This document shows, piece after piece, positions 21,849-32,700 of a stretch of DNA of 64,000 bases. The stretch lies in IMG/VR virus record IMGVR_UViG_3300046779_001442, positions 32,001 to 96,000 of that record; one strand, written 5' to 3'. Origin of the DNA: a virus. A program made the translations under genes and the position numbers. Numbering within the stretch: the first letter of the stretch is position 1; every line of letters begins with the position of its first letter. The notes under the pieces were generated by a model, which did not search any database, had not been told where the DNA came from, and worked only from the letters and a program-made list of their open reading frames with translations.

Positions 21849-22855
21849 TGGCAGAAAAACCAAAGGCATCACCAAAAGCTTTATTGCCAACACTTAAACC
21901 AGTTACAACTGGCGTACCAAAGTCTTTGCAAAAGCCAGCTCTGACCTTACAGCAACAGTCTGATAGATCTAGAACAGCATCACGAGCTGCATTTCAAGCT
22001 TCTCCAGCAAAGAAAGAAAGAAATAAAGCAACTCAAAGCGTAATAGCTGCAAATAAAAAAGTTGATCAACTAAAAGCTTCTGCTAATGCTCCAGGGCTAA
22101 CTGCTCAGCAAAAATCAGATAGGATGCGTACTCTTGGTAGGGCACAAAATCAACAGTCAAAAGCAAAGGCTAACCTTAACAAAATAACTGGATATAAGAA
22201 ACCAGTAAAAAAGAGTGATCCAGTCAACACCAAGCCAACAAAGCCAAAAACTACAAAACCAAAGACTACAAAACCAAAGACCACAAAACCAAAAACTACT
22301 AAACCACAAACTGGTAACAATTCTACACTGCCACAAACTACGTCCCCAGTTGATGCTACGGAAAATCCTGTAGTTTCTGCTACCCCAGAGTCTCCATCTC
22401 CAGGAGTTACTTCAGAAGCAGAAAGTGTAAAGACCTATAAGCCTGCTACTCCAGATTTGATTCAGTTACAGGAAGACGAATTTCCAGTAGAGATTATTAC
22501 AGACTTGTTGTTTGAGGATATTGGCGGTACAGAAATTTTAAATTTAGCAAGGCATGACCTTGTGAGTGGTATAGATATAAAATATCAGCAAATATCAAAT
22601 CTTTCCAAGATTGAGGCTGTGTATGGTGGAGCAAACTTGGTTGCACTACAAAACACATCTGAACAAGTGTTTAGTAAATATCCACTCAGAAGATATCAAT
22701 TTATACCAACAGTCACAGATGATCCATCTGGACTAAATAGCCATGTCTACCTTGATGCTGCTGGAGACTTGGTGATAGAGCTAATCAACATAGACAACTC
22801 ATACCAAATAGAGGTAGAGTTCCAGGCAGCAGACATTAATGATATAATATATTGA
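21848..22855 (+). CDS. Tail-module protein with basic, Thr/Pro-rich low-complexity N-terminus
   Basis: TKPKT repeats; globular acidic C-terminus. Confidence 0.65.
   Translation: MAEKPKASPKALLPTLKPVTTGVPKSLQKPALTLQQQSDRSRTASRAAFQASPAKKERNKATQSVIAANKKVDQLKASANAPGLTAQQKSDRMRTLGRAQNQQSKAKANLNKITGYKKPVKKSDPVNTKPTKPKTTKPKTTKPKTTKPKTTKPQTGNNSTLPQTTSPVDATENPVVSATPESPSPGVTSEAESVKTYKPATPDLIQLQEDEFPVEIITDLLFEDIGGTEILNLARHDLVSGIDIKYQQISNLSKIEAVYGGANLVALQNTSEQVFSKYPLRRYQFIPTVTDDPSGLNSHVYLDAAGDLVIELINIDNSYQIEVEFQAADINDIIY
22229..22310 (+). repeat. Degenerate 15-nt tandem repeat encoding (TKPKT)n
   Basis: acaaaaccaaagact-like units, about 5 copies. Confidence 0.85.
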
Positions 22856-22864
22856 GGTAAAAAC

Positions 22865-24241
22865 ATGATAACTAATAAAGGTCAACAGCTAATAACCAAG
22901 TATATGATTGGTCAGGCATCTTCATATGCTTCACATGTTGCAGTTGGATGTGGACCAATGCCATACAATGCTCAGTCATCTGTTACGCAAGCAGAAATTG
23001 CTACACAAAGACTTAAGCAGAACCTAGACTTTGAGATGTTTCGTGTACCAATTACTTCTCGTGGATATGTTACAGAGGAATCTGGATCTGCATCAATCAG
23101 CGGAGTAGCGGTGGCAAACAATGTTGTGACGTATACCACATCAACAAATTCTTTCTTGACTGGAGACCGTGTAACCGTATCTGGAGTAAATCCCTCACAA
23201 TTTAATATATCAGATGCGATTATTATTGACTCATCACCAACTAGTTTTTCTATTCAAGGGTCTCCGTCTGGTACCTATGTTTCTGGAGGAATTGCAAAAA
23301 CATATTATACAGACATAGTTTTGACTGCAGAGCTGCCAACTGAAGAAAGATATGAAATTACTGAAGTTGGAATTTTTTCTGCACAGTCTAACCCAGATGC
23401 AGGTTCTTATGATAGTAGAACTATATATTCGTTTTCTCAAAATGAAAACTGGCAGTATCACGGGGTAAACATTGAGCCAATTCCAGTAGTATATACACCG
23501 CTAGATCCAAATCAGGCTAACGTCCTTGAAGGAATATACACAGTAAATGGTGAGCAAAAAGACTGCAAGGCATTGCACACAAATGCTGACAATACATTGT
23601 TTGCAAATGAGAATAGAATTCTTAGATATGAGACATGTAGATATTTAAATAATATTGTTGCTTTGCGTGGCAATTTGTCTAATTTGTCTTATGATTCTGT
23701 CACAAAAAGAGTTTCATATAACTCTGGAGATCACATACACCTAAACAATGTTAAATTAAATTTTGACAGAAACTCTCCTTCAGACGAGATCAAGCTTGCA
23801 TTTTCTGTTATTAATAAAAGAGGAAGTATTTCAGAAAACCCATCTGAAGTAAATCTTATTATAGAATTTTCAAATGCAGACTCTAACGCTACACAATCTG
23901 CAAAGCTAGAAGTACATCTAAATTCATCAGATTACAATTTTTCTAACAATAGATATTTTGTAGTTTCTAAAAAAATTAGTGAGTTGATCACATCTCAGTA
24001 TTTTTCATGGGGGCAGGTAACAACTATTAAGGTGTTTGCCTCAGCAAAAGATACAGATGGTGCAGTGTCAGACCTGTTCTATATCTGTCTAGATGCACTT
24101 AGACTAGAAAATACTCAAACAATAAATCCATTATATGGAATGTCTGGATACTCTGTTGTTAAAACAACAAACGGAACTACTGTGAAAAAGCTAGAAAATA
24201 CTACAAACTACATAGAGTTTAGATTTGGTGTTGATATATAG
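22865..24241 (+). CDS. Minor tail / baseplate protein
   Basis: MITNKG...VAVGCG and ITEVGIF motifs typical of tail fibre/baseplate N-termini. Confidence 0.65.
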   Translation: MITNKGQQLITKYMIGQASSYASHVAVGCGPMPYNAQSSVTQAEIATQRLKQNLDFEMFRVPITSRGYVTEESGSASISGVAVANNVVTYTTSTNSFLTGDRVTVSGVNPSQFNISDAIIIDSSPTSFSIQGSPSGTYVSGGIAKTYYTDIVLTAELPTEERYEITEVGIFSAQSNPDAGSYDSRTIYSFSQNENWQYHGVNIEPIPVVYTPLDPNQANVLEGIYTVNGEQKDCKALHTNADNTLFANENRILRYETCRYLNNIVALRGNLSNLSYDSVTKRVSYNSGDHIHLNNVKLNFDRNSPSDEIKLAFSVINKRGSISENPSEVNLIIEFSNADSNATQSAKLEVHLNSSDYNFSNNRYFVVSKKISELITSQYFSWGQVTTIKVFASAKDTDGAVSDLFYICLDALRLENTQTINPLYGMSGYSVVKTTNGTTVKKLENTTNYIEFRFGVDI

Positions 24242-24657
24242 TGGCAAATAAAAAGATTAGAATTGAAAAGTCGTCTTTACCACTAGTCAATTTTGAAAAT
24301 AAACACTTAGTTAGATACAAAATTGTTTTTGATAAAACAAAATCATCAGACTGGTCAAATATATATGCATTGTCTGCACCTGCCATCGTCACAGTAAATG
24401 GGGTGGTAAGATACTCCAGCGGTGTAATTGATGTTATCTGGGATAATACAAATAGACTATCATCTTATGATATATTTGTCAAGTATGATCTGTCTGAAAG
24501 CTATAAGCATCATGGAACAACTACCGCAAATAACTACTCGGTCATACCCAAAACAGGGGCATCTCAGATTTATGTCTTAATTCAGGCAGCATCTAGCAGC
24601 AAGAAAGTTTCTACCCCAAATAAGCTTTTGGTTTTTGAGGGTAATGTCAGCTGGTAA
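24241..24657 (+). CDS. Small beta-sandwich (FN3-like) tail protein
   Basis: Coupled ORF, beta-rich, SDWSN motif. Confidence 0.5.
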   Translation: MANKKIRIEKSSLPLVNFENKHLVRYKIVFDKTKSSDWSNIYALSAPAIVTVNGVVRYSSGVIDVIWDNTNRLSSYDIFVKYDLSESYKHHGTTTANNYSVIPKTGASQIYVLIQAASSSKKVSTPNKLLVFEGNVSW

Positions 24658-24681
24658 TGGTATAATTAATTAGGAGATATT

Positions 24682-25128
24682 ATGGCAAACATCGTTAGAA
24701 CACCAAGTGCAGGTCAGCCAATTGACGCTACCTATTTATTAGAATTGGCTAACGCCATCAACACATTGGCAAGTAACATATCAACTTCGCCAACCATGAA
24801 GCTGACAAGCATCAACACACCATCAGCAGGTGTGCAAACAGTAAAAACATCCGAAGCAGCTTTTGTTGGCGGATACGTTGAGGTATCTAGCGGTAACGTA
24901 GCAGCAGGAACTGCAGTTAAGTGGGACTACTCTTTCCCATCATACTTTAAGTATCCTCCAGTAGTTACCGCAACACCAATTAGCGTATCTGGTGCAGATG
25001 CAGGAACTGGCGTTAGCGTTATGATCAAGTCTGTTGGTCAAAATCTTGTAAGTGGAACTGTGACTTTTGCTAGTACTGGAAATCTAACTGTTGGCTTAAA
25101 CTTAATCATTGTTGGCATTCCTAACTAG
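24682..25128 (+). CDS. Small tail-tip / fibre-associated protein
   Basis: FKYPPVVTAT...LIIVG pattern; SD aggaga; upstream TG-G-TATAAT. Confidence 0.5.
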   Translation: MANIVRTPSAGQPIDATYLLELANAINTLASNISTSPTMKLTSINTPSAGVQTVKTSEAAFVGGYVEVSSGNVAAGTAVKWDYSFPSYFKYPPVVTATPISVSGADAGTGVSVMIKSVGQNLVSGTVTFASTGNLTVGLNLIIVGIPN

Positions 25129-25134
25129 GATATT

Positions 25135-25686
25135 ATGGAAAAGAAGCAACATCGCCTTGGGGCAATGTCTATTGAGGACTACAATAATGCCCCGATTATA
25201 CCTGGAAGTAAAAAGGTTTATTTTTTGAATGGTGACCTTGTTAGGGTACATCATCTAAATAAGTCTAATGGTATTATGTCTGTTTATAATATTACACAGG
25301 ACAGAATAGAAAGTTGTCTTATTAGTGATTTTAAGAAAAATAGGGAAAGAGCGTTCACTGTTGGCGAGACTGCTAGTTTAGTTAATCGTCATAAAAAGTA
25401 TATGCCGTCTTTGGTAAGGAGAGGCATTGTTCCTCCTGCTACTGGCTCCCAGAAGGGCGGAGATACTGGGTGGCAGGTAAGGTCTTACTACTCAGAGTCG
25501 CAAGTTTTTGAACTTCGTGATATACTAGCTTCATACCACATTGGTGGTCCACGAAAAGATAAGTTAATAACGAACAATATTACTCCAACACGCCAAGAGT
25601 TGACAAGGCGTATGGGAGATGGTATACTTACATATACCAAAACAGAAGATGGCAGATTCATTCCAGTGTGGTCTGAATCTATATAG
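25135..25686 (+). CDS. HTH (MerR-like) DNA-binding protein
   Basis: FTVGETASLVNRH...RSYYSESQV. Confidence 0.6.
   Translation: MEKKQHRLGAMSIEDYNNAPIIPGSKKVYFLNGDLVRVHHLNKSNGIMSVYNITQDRIESCLISDFKKNRERAFTVGETASLVNRHKKYMPSLVRRGIVPPATGSQKGGDTGWQVRSYYSESQVFELRDILASYHIGGPRKDKLITNNITPTRQELTRRMGDGILTYTKTEDGRFIPVWSESI
25600..25628 (+). promoter_or_regulatory. SigA-type promoter for the replication module
   Basis: TTGACA-17-TATACT with extended TG. Confidence 0.75.
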
Positions 25687-25700
25687 TAAGGAAAACGGGT

Positions 25701-25904
25701 ATGGAAAACGAAAACACTAAAGTTGGTGTAACTCTTGGTTACACTCTAAATCTAGGCAACTTCCAGTCACTAAGGATTGACCTAAACGTAATTGATAATA
25801 AGCGTGAGAGCGAAAGCATCAATGAGGCATTTGATCGTGTCTACTCTTTTGTAGAGACCAAGCTTGCCGAAAAGATTACAGAAGCTAAGTCAGAAGTAGA
25901 ATAA
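25701..25904 (+). CDS. Hypothetical protein
   Basis: LGYTLNLGNFQSLRID; coupled to next gene. Confidence 0.7.
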   Translation: MENENTKVGVTLGYTLNLGNFQSLRIDLNVIDNKRESESINEAFDRVYSFVETKLAEKITEAKSEVE

Positions 25905-26212
25905 TGGCAGAACGCAAAGACCGTATGGCTTTGCTTAGTCGCTACTCAAAGCTTTACACTCAAAAATACGAGCAGAAGCCACAGATCAACATAAACGTTG
26001 AGCAATGGGCTGCAGACGCTTTAATTGAATCATATGGCATATCAGAATGCTATGATCTTCTGGCACACTATTTTGATGTTGCACAGAATCCAAGTTGGAA
26101 ATACTTTGCCAACTACGCACAAGATATAATTGATAAAAAAGCACAACTACAAGAAGATATTAAAGAAAGGGCAAAGAGAAGAGAGATGGCAAAGAGGTGG
26201 CTAAGTGAGTAA
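25904..26212 (+). CDS. Putative helicase loader / replication protein
   Basis: Overlaps the start of the DnaB gene. Confidence 0.45.
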   Translation: MAERKDRMALLSRYSKLYTQKYEQKPQININVEQWAADALIESYGISECYDLLAHYFDVAQNPSWKYFANYAQDIIDKKAQLQEDIKERAKRREMAKRWLSE

Positions 26213-27425
26213 TTCAGAGTCTAAACTAATCTCTGCTGTTTTGCAAGATAAACAGATTCACGTACTGCTACAGGCAAACGTTGATAACATTCTCAAGACC
26301 CATAAAGATATCTGGAACTTTATTAGATTATATTTTGAGCAGAATGGTTCAACTCCTCCGCAATCACTAGTTGTAGAGAAGTTCCGTGACTTTCAGCCAG
26401 AATCTGGTGTAGGTGCAACAAAACACCACCTAGAAGAGTTGCAAGCAGAGTTTATGACTGATAGCCTAAAGGATATCATTAGGACTGCTGCTGCAGAGGT
26501 TCAGGCAGATAAGGGTCTAGATGCCCTTGAGTTGCTAATTTCAAAAACATCTGAGCTCAGAAAGAACACTGCAGCAATTCGTGATATTGATGCTACAGAT
26601 CTTGAGTCTGCAATTGCTTACTATGAAAATGTAAAGAAGCAGGCAGAGCTAGGTTTGGCTGGTATCAAGACTGGTTTGCCAGGATTCGACAACTATCTTC
26701 CAGCAGGAATTATGCCAGGACAACTAGGAGTAATGCTTGCATATCCAGGTATTGGTAAGTCATGGCTATCTCTATACTTTGCGGTACAGGCATGGAAGCA
26801 AGGCAAGTCACCAATGATTGTATCACTTGAAATGAGTGAGACAGAAGTCCGTAACCGTGTATTTGCAATTATGGGAGAAGGGCTTTGGTCACACAGAAAG
26901 CTTTCTGCTGGACAAATTGAGATTGATGACCTAAAGATGTGGCACCAAAAGGCACTTCAAGGTAAGCCAGAATTTCATATTATCTCTAATGATTCTGGTG
27001 GAGAAGTTACGCCATCTGTGTTGCGTGGTAAGATTGACCAGTATAAGCCAGACTTTGTTGTGGTTGACTACCTTCAACTTATGTCTCCAAACCAAAAGTC
27101 AGATAATGAAACTGTGCGTATGAAGAACTTGTCTCGTGAGCTAAAGCTTATGGCTATCTCAGAAGAAGTTCCTATTATTGCTATCTCATCTGCTACTCCT
27201 GATGATGTCACTAAGCTTGACACAGTTCCAACACTTGGACAGACAGCATGGTCACGTCAGATTGCTTACGATGCTGACTGGGTGCTTGCTCTTGGTCGTG
27301 GGACTAATTCTGATATTATTGAATGTGTATTTAGAAAGAATCGTAATGGCTTCATGGGAGAGTTTTTAGTTCAGGCAGACTTCGATAGAGGATATTACAA
27401 GTACAAGGATTTTGAGGACAATTAA
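26205..27425 (+). CDS. dnaB: DnaB-like replicative helicase
   Basis: AYPGIGKS Walker A, SLEMS, VVVDYLQLM, KNRNG. Confidence 0.95.
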   Translation: MSNSESKLISAVLQDKQIHVLLQANVDNILKTHKDIWNFIRLYFEQNGSTPPQSLVVEKFRDFQPESGVGATKHHLEELQAEFMTDSLKDIIRTAAAEVQADKGLDALELLISKTSELRKNTAAIRDIDATDLESAIAYYENVKKQAELGLAGIKTGLPGFDNYLPAGIMPGQLGVMLAYPGIGKSWLSLYFAVQAWKQGKSPMIVSLEMSETEVRNRVFAIMGEGLWSHRKLSAGQIEIDDLKMWHQKALQGKPEFHIISNDSGGEVTPSVLRGKIDQYKPDFVVVDYLQLMSPNQKSDNETVRMKNLSRELKLMAISEEVPIIAISSATPDDVTKLDTVPTLGQTAWSRQIAYDADWVLALGRGTNSDIIECVFRKNRNGFMGEFLVQADFDRGYYKYKDFEDN

Positions 27426-28342
27426 TGGCCACATATACATCCGACCAAATTAAAAAAGTGCTAATTGGTGCAGGGCTAACCATTGAAAAAGAAATTGACT
27501 CTGACTATATAATCTTCTGTCCTTTTCATGCCAACAATAGAACTCCAGCAGGAGAAGTAGACAAGATTACTGGAAAGTTTTTTTGTTTTTCCTGTCACCA
27601 TGTTGCAGATTTGATTGAAGTAGTAATGCATACAACAGCACGTAGCTATTTTGAAGCAGCACGGTATATCAAATCAAAAGAAGGGCTATCTTCAATTATT
27701 GGTGATGTAGAGAAAAAGCTTATTAGTATTCCAGAGTATATCCAGTATGATCAAGTAATTATTAAGAGACTTAATCAACAAGCATTAGAGTCGCCAAGAG
27801 CGATGAGATATTATTCTGGTAGACTCATAACAGAGGCATCTGTTAAAAAGTTTCAGCTTGGATACTCAGAAAAACAGGATATGGTTACAATACCAATAGC
27901 TGCACCAGATGGCATGGAGGTTGGTTTTGTTGGCAGGTCAATCGAGGGCAAAGATTTTAAAAATACCCCTGGATTGCCAAAGTCAAAAATTCTATTTAAC
28001 TTGCATAGAGTTAAAACATCTAATAGGGTTTATGTGGTAGAATCGTCTTTCGATGCTATTCGTTTAGATCAAGTTGGAATTCCAGCTGTTGCTACACTAG
28101 GTGCAATGGTATCTACAAAACAGATAGAGCTTCTTCGTAAGTATTTCAACTCTGTTTTTGTTATTGCAGATAATGATGAGGCAGGAAGTAACATGAGAGA
28201 TAAGATTATCAAAAGTCTTGGAGCAATGGTTACAACTGTCAAGCTAGACTCTGCTTACAAAGACATTGGGGATATGCAAGATGAAGATATAAAAAGGCTA
28301 GATATGTCATTTGACAAATCAATAATGGCCATGCTACAATAA
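27425..28342 (+). CDS. dnaG: DNA primase (CHC2 zinc finger + TOPRIM)
   Basis: CPFH...CFSC, VESSFD, DNDEAG, KDIG. Confidence 0.92.
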   Translation: MATYTSDQIKKVLIGAGLTIEKEIDSDYIIFCPFHANNRTPAGEVDKITGKFFCFSCHHVADLIEVVMHTTARSYFEAARYIKSKEGLSSIIGDVEKKLISIPEYIQYDQVIIKRLNQQALESPRAMRYYSGRLITEASVKKFQLGYSEKQDMVTIPIAAPDGMEVGFVGRSIEGKDFKNTPGLPKSKILFNLHRVKTSNRVYVVESSFDAIRLDQVGIPAVATLGAMVSTKQIELLRKYFNSVFVIADNDEAGSNMRDKIIKSLGAMVTTVKLDSAYKDIGDMQDEDIKRLDMSFDKSIMAMLQ

Positions 28343-28370
28343 TACAACAAACAAAAATAAGGAGAACACC

Positions 28371-29024
28371 ATGGGTGTAATTAAAGGGCTAAAGGATATC
28401 AATGCAATTCTTGATAAGCCAAAGTATGAAAGCACAGGAACAAAGGTTCGTTGGGTAAAGCTAGCTGACGGACAGGCTGCAAAGATTCGTTTCGTAGAGG
28501 AATTGGATCAGGATTCAGCACACTACGACGAGGCTCGTGGCCTTTCTGTAGTAATCGCACAGCACACAAATCCAAAGGACTACAAGCGTATGGCTGCATG
28601 TACTATGGAGACTGAAGGTCGCTGCTTCGCATGTGAGATGGCACGTAAGGAGCCAAAGGCTGGTTGGCGTTCAAAGCTTCGCTTCTACTGCAACGTGCTG
28701 GTAGAGGATGGCCTTGAGGCACCATACATTGCAGTTTGGTCACAGGGTGTTACCAAGCAGTCCGCATTCAATACTATTCGTGAGTATGCACTAGAGACTG
28801 GCTCAATCTCAAACCTTGAGTGGAAGCTAAAGCGTAATGGTCAGGGAACTGAAACCAACTATACACTTCTTCCTACCAAGCCAGACTCAGAGCCATTCGT
28901 ATGGGGAGACTACGAATTCCACAACCTTGAGAAGGTTGTACGAGAAGTCCCATACCCAGAGCAGGAAGCATTCTACTTTGGATTCGACACTCCGTCTGTT
29001 ACATCAACCAATATTGATTGGTAA
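28371..29024 (+). CDS. Single-stranded DNA-binding protein (gp32-like)
   Basis: C...CFAC zinc site, KRNGQGTETNY, acidic-aromatic tail; upstream TTGACA-18-TACAAT at 28311-28340. Confidence 0.75.
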   Translation: MGVIKGLKDINAILDKPKYESTGTKVRWVKLADGQAAKIRFVEELDQDSAHYDEARGLSVVIAQHTNPKDYKRMAACTMETEGRCFACEMARKEPKAGWRSKLRFYCNVLVEDGLEAPYIAVWSQGVTKQSAFNTIREYALETGSISNLEWKLKRNGQGTETNYTLLPTKPDSEPFVWGDYEFHNLEKVVREVPYPEQEAFYFGFDTPSVTSTNIDW

Positions 29025-29036
29025 TTAAGTTTGATG

Positions 29037-29060
29037 TGGGGGTAACTTCGGTTGCCCCCA
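29037..29060 (+). terminator. UUCG hairpin after SSB gene
   Basis: tgggggtaac-ttcg-gttgccccca. Confidence 0.65.
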
Positions 29061-29114
29061 TCTCATCCTATCCTATAGAAATTATTAAAAGAAAAACTAA
29101 CAAAAAGGAAATAA

Positions 29115-32100
29115 ATGAGTTACGCTGGTCTACATGTCCACACACACTACTCGCTATTTGACGGAATTGCAACACCACAGGAATATGTGGACCGTGCCGT
29201 AGAGCTGGGCATGCCAGCAATCGCAATCACTGACCACGGATCTCTATCTGGTCACCGTGAAATGTATCGTGCTGCTAAAGAAGCAGGCATCAAGCCAATC
29301 CTTGGTATCGAAGGGTATATTACAAAAGACCGTTTTGACCACACAGATAAGAAGGAAAAGAATGACCCTCTTGATCTAAACTATAACCACCTAATCATTA
29401 TTGCAAAGAATGCTAAGGGTCTACAGAACCTAAATAAGCTTAATGAGATTGCTTGGACAGAAGGATTTTACAAGAAGCCACGTATTGACTGGGACATCCT
29501 TGAAGAGTATAAGGATGGACTTATCATTACTTCTGGATGCCTATCTGGTGTTCTTGCTAAGGCCATTGAGGCTAATGAATTTGCCTATGCAAAAGAGCAC
29601 ATTCAAAAGTGCAAGACTATTTTCGGTGATGACTATTACATTGAGGTAATGCCACATAACCCACCAGAGATTAATAAGGCTCTTCTAGATCTTGCAGATG
29701 AATTTGGTGTAAAGCCTGTTGTAACTCCAGACTGTCACCACTCTGACCCATCTCAGAAAGAGATTCAGGAGCTTAAGCTAATCCTTAACTCATACTCAAA
29801 TAAGGTTGAGAAGGGTGCTACATATGAAGGCTCAAAGAAGTATGACAATCTAATGGACCGTCTAGATTATCTTTATGGTGCAGATCGTCAAATGTCATTT
29901 AACAAGTTTGAAATTCATCTGCTATCTGATGAAGAAATGCACAATGCCATGAAGGCCCAAGGTATTGACCGTGAAGATATGTATGACACTACTCGTGAAA
30001 TTGTTGACAAGGTAGAAGACTACAAGATTAAGGATCACCAAGATCTACTTCCAGTTCAGTACCAGAATCCAAACAAAGAGCTTAAAGAGCTTGCTCTTGC
30101 TGGTCTAAAAGAACGTGGAATTGAAACACAAGAATACTTAGCACGTCTAGATGAAGAGCTAGAAGTGATTGAAGCAAAGAACTTTGGACCATACTTCCTT
30201 GTTGTACGCTCAATGATTTCCTGGGCTAAAAAAGAAGGAATCATGGTTGGTCCAGGTCGTGGTTCTGCAGCAGGCTCACTGCTCTGCTATGCTCTAGGAA
30301 TTACAGACATTGATCCAATTCAGCATGGACTATTGTTCTTCCGATTTATCAACCCAGAGCGTAATGACTTCCCAGATATTGATACTGATATTCAGGACTC
30401 ACGTCGTGAAGAAGTAAAGGATTACCTAGTACGTCAATATAAGCATGTTGCGTCTATTGCAACATTTTTACAGTTCCGTGGCAAAGGTATGGTTCGTGAT
30501 ATTGCACGTACACTCAACGTACCACTTGCAGATGTAAATAAGGTTCTAAAGGTTGTTGACGATTGGGACGACTACTGTTCTTCAAAGCAGTCAGCATGGT
30601 TCCGTGAAAAGTATCCTGAGATTGAAACTTACGGAGATCTTCTACGAGGTCGTATTCGTGGTACTGGTATTCACGCTGCAGGTGTTGTAACATCTAAGCA
30701 GCCTATCTTTAAGTTCGCACCACTAGAAACTCGTACCTCACCAGGAAACAAAGAGCGTATCCCAGTTGTGGCGGTAGACATGGAAGAAGCAGAGCGTATT
30801 GGTCTAATTAAGATTGATGCACTTGGACTCAAGACATTGTCTGTTCTACGAGACACTCTAGACATTATTGAAGAACGTCATGACAAGAAGATTGACTTAT
30901 TGTCAATTGATATGGATGATGCAAATGTATATAGAATGCTATCTGATGGATATACAAAGGGTGTGTTTCAGTGTGAAGCAACACCATATACAAATCTTTT
31001 GGTAAAGATGGGTGTAAAGAACCTAGATGAGCTTGCTGCTTCTAATGCTCTAGTTCGTCCAGGTGCTGCAAATACAATTGGTAAGGACTACATTGCACGT
31101 AAGCAGGGTAGACAGAATATTGATTATAAGCACCAAGTTATGAAGTCTTTTACTGCAGAGACCTATGGCTGCATCTTGTACCAGGAACAGGTTATGCAGG
31201 CTTGTACAGAGCTTGGTGGCATGACAATGGCTGAGGCCGATAAGGTTCGTAAGATCATTGGTAAGAAGAAAGATGCTAAAGAGTTTGACCAATTCAAGGA
31301 TAAGTTTGTTGATGGGGCTAGTAAGTTCATTTCTCCTAACGCTGCTATGGATCTATGGCACGATTTTGAAGCACACGCAGGCTATTCTTTCAACAAGTCC
31401 CATGCCGTTGCCTACTCAACACTTTCATACTGGACAGCGTGGCTAAAGTATCACTATCCACTAGAGTTTATGTACTCAATACTTAAAAACGAAAAAGACA
31501 AGGATGCACGTACTGAATATCTAATTGAGACAAAGCGTATGGGAATTCCTATCAAGCTTCCACACGTTAATGATTCAGATGCTGACTTTAAGATTGAGGG
31601 CAAAGGCATAAGGTTTGGTCTAACTGGAATTAAGTATATTTCTGACAATATTGCATCTAAGTATATGGCTGCTCGTCCATTTAATAGCTATAAAGAACTT
31701 GAAGAGTTTACGTTCGGCAAGGGCAATGGAGTAAATAGTCGTGCACTGCAAGCAATGAGAGTTGTTGGTGCTGCAACATTCCACGATCAACCACGAAACG
31801 ACCAAGAAATTCGTGAGAACTTATATGAGTACTTAAACCTTCCAGAGTTTAATATCTCTGTTCCTCAACACTATCACGCATTTGTTAGTGATGTAGAAGA
31901 GTTCGAGGAAAAGGGATCATTTATTCTAATGGGGATGGCAAAAGAGATTAAGCGTGGCAAGGGTTGGTCACGTGTAGAGATTCTAGATAAAACAGGAAGC
32001 GTAGGTATCTTTGATGATGAGCAGTCTGCAATCGAAACTGGAAAGACATATCTTATTTTGGCTAGCGATAATCGCATTACTGAGGCCATCCAGATTGATG

Positions 32101-32390
32101 AGATTGGTAAGGTTGATTCGGCACTTGTGAAGTATCTTAATTATAAGCAATTGCCTTATAAAGATGAAGAAATGTTTGTTGTCTCATTCAAGTCACGCAT
32201 AACAAAGGCTGGCAAGAAGATGGCAACACTAACTTTAGCAGATGCCTCTAGAGAACTGCACCCTGTGACAGTATTCCCTACTGCATATGCTAAGGCTTAT
32301 ATGAAGATTCAAGAAGGGTCTGCATACAAATTTGATTTGGGTAAAACAAAGGATGGAACAATAATTATGGAGGATGCACATGCAATTTGA
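29115..32390 (+). CDS. dnaE: DNA polymerase III alpha subunit
   Basis: PHP HVHTHYS, GRGSAAGS, PDIDTD, YSFNKSHA; no intein-sized insertion. Confidence 0.97.
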   Translation: MSYAGLHVHTHYSLFDGIATPQEYVDRAVELGMPAIAITDHGSLSGHREMYRAAKEAGIKPILGIEGYITKDRFDHTDKKEKNDPLDLNYNHLIIIAKNAKGLQNLNKLNEIAWTEGFYKKPRIDWDILEEYKDGLIITSGCLSGVLAKAIEANEFAYAKEHIQKCKTIFGDDYYIEVMPHNPPEINKALLDLADEFGVKPVVTPDCHHSDPSQKEIQELKLILNSYSNKVEKGATYEGSKKYDNLMDRLDYLYGADRQMSFNKFEIHLLSDEEMHNAMKAQGIDREDMYDTTREIVDKVEDYKIKDHQDLLPVQYQNPNKELKELALAGLKERGIETQEYLARLDEELEVIEAKNFGPYFLVVRSMISWAKKEGIMVGPGRGSAAGSLLCYALGITDIDPIQHGLLFFRFINPERNDFPDIDTDIQDSRREEVKDYLVRQYKHVASIATFLQFRGKGMVRDIARTLNVPLADVNKVLKVVDDWDDYCSSKQSAWFREKYPEIETYGDLLRGRIRGTGIHAAGVVTSKQPIFKFAPLETRTSPGNKERIPVVAVDMEEAERIGLIKIDALGLKTLSVLRDTLDIIEERHDKKIDLLSIDMDDANVYRMLSDGYTKGVFQCEATPYTNLLVKMGVKNLDELAASNALVRPGAANTIGKDYIARKQGRQNIDYKHQVMKSFTAETYGCILYQEQVMQACTELGGMTMAEADKVRKIIGKKKDAKEFDQFKDKFVDGASKFISPNAAMDLWHDFEAHAGYSFNKSHAVAYSTLSYWTAWLKYHYPLEFMYSILKNEKDKDARTEYLIETKRMGIPIKLPHVNDSDADFKIEGKGIRFGLTGIKYISDNIASKYMAARPFNSYKELEEFTFGKGNGVNSRALQAMRVVGAATFHDQPRNDQEIRENLYEYLNLPEFNISVPQHYHAFVSDVEEFEEKGSFILMGMAKEIKRGKGWSRVEILDKTGSVGIFDDEQSAIETGKTYLILASDNRITEAIQIDEIGKVDSALVKYLNYKQLPYKDEEMFVVSFKSRITKAGKKMATLTLADASRELHPVTVFPTAYAKAYMKIQEGSAYKFDLGKTKDGTIIMEDAHAI

Positions 32391-32700
32391 TGATTGGGCA
32401 GAAGAGCTACACAAGACTGCCGTAGCCAAGGGATTTTGGCCAGAAGACGTAGATGATATCTTCATTACAAAGCAGCTGATGATGATTGTGTCAGAGGCTG
32501 TAGAGGTCATGGAGGCTATTAGAAAGGATAAGGGAGAAGACCAAATCGCTGACGAAATGGCAGATATCCTTATTAGAACCTTTGATCTATACGCAGGGCT
32601 AGTGGAGCATGGATATACCAGAACCTCTCTAGACTATGCTATGGAAAAGAAGACAAGCTTTAACAAGACAAGACCAGAAAAGCACGGGGTAAAGTTCTAA
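32380..32700 (+). CDS. MazG-like NTP pyrophosphohydrolase
   Basis: SEAVEVMEA...DEMADILIR; SD ggagg before ATG 32380. Confidence 0.8.
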   Translation: MQFDDWAEELHKTAVAKGFWPEDVDDIFITKQLMMIVSEAVEVMEAIRKDKGEDQIADEMADILIRTFDLYAGLVEHGYTRTSLDYAMEKKTSFNKTRPEKHGVKF

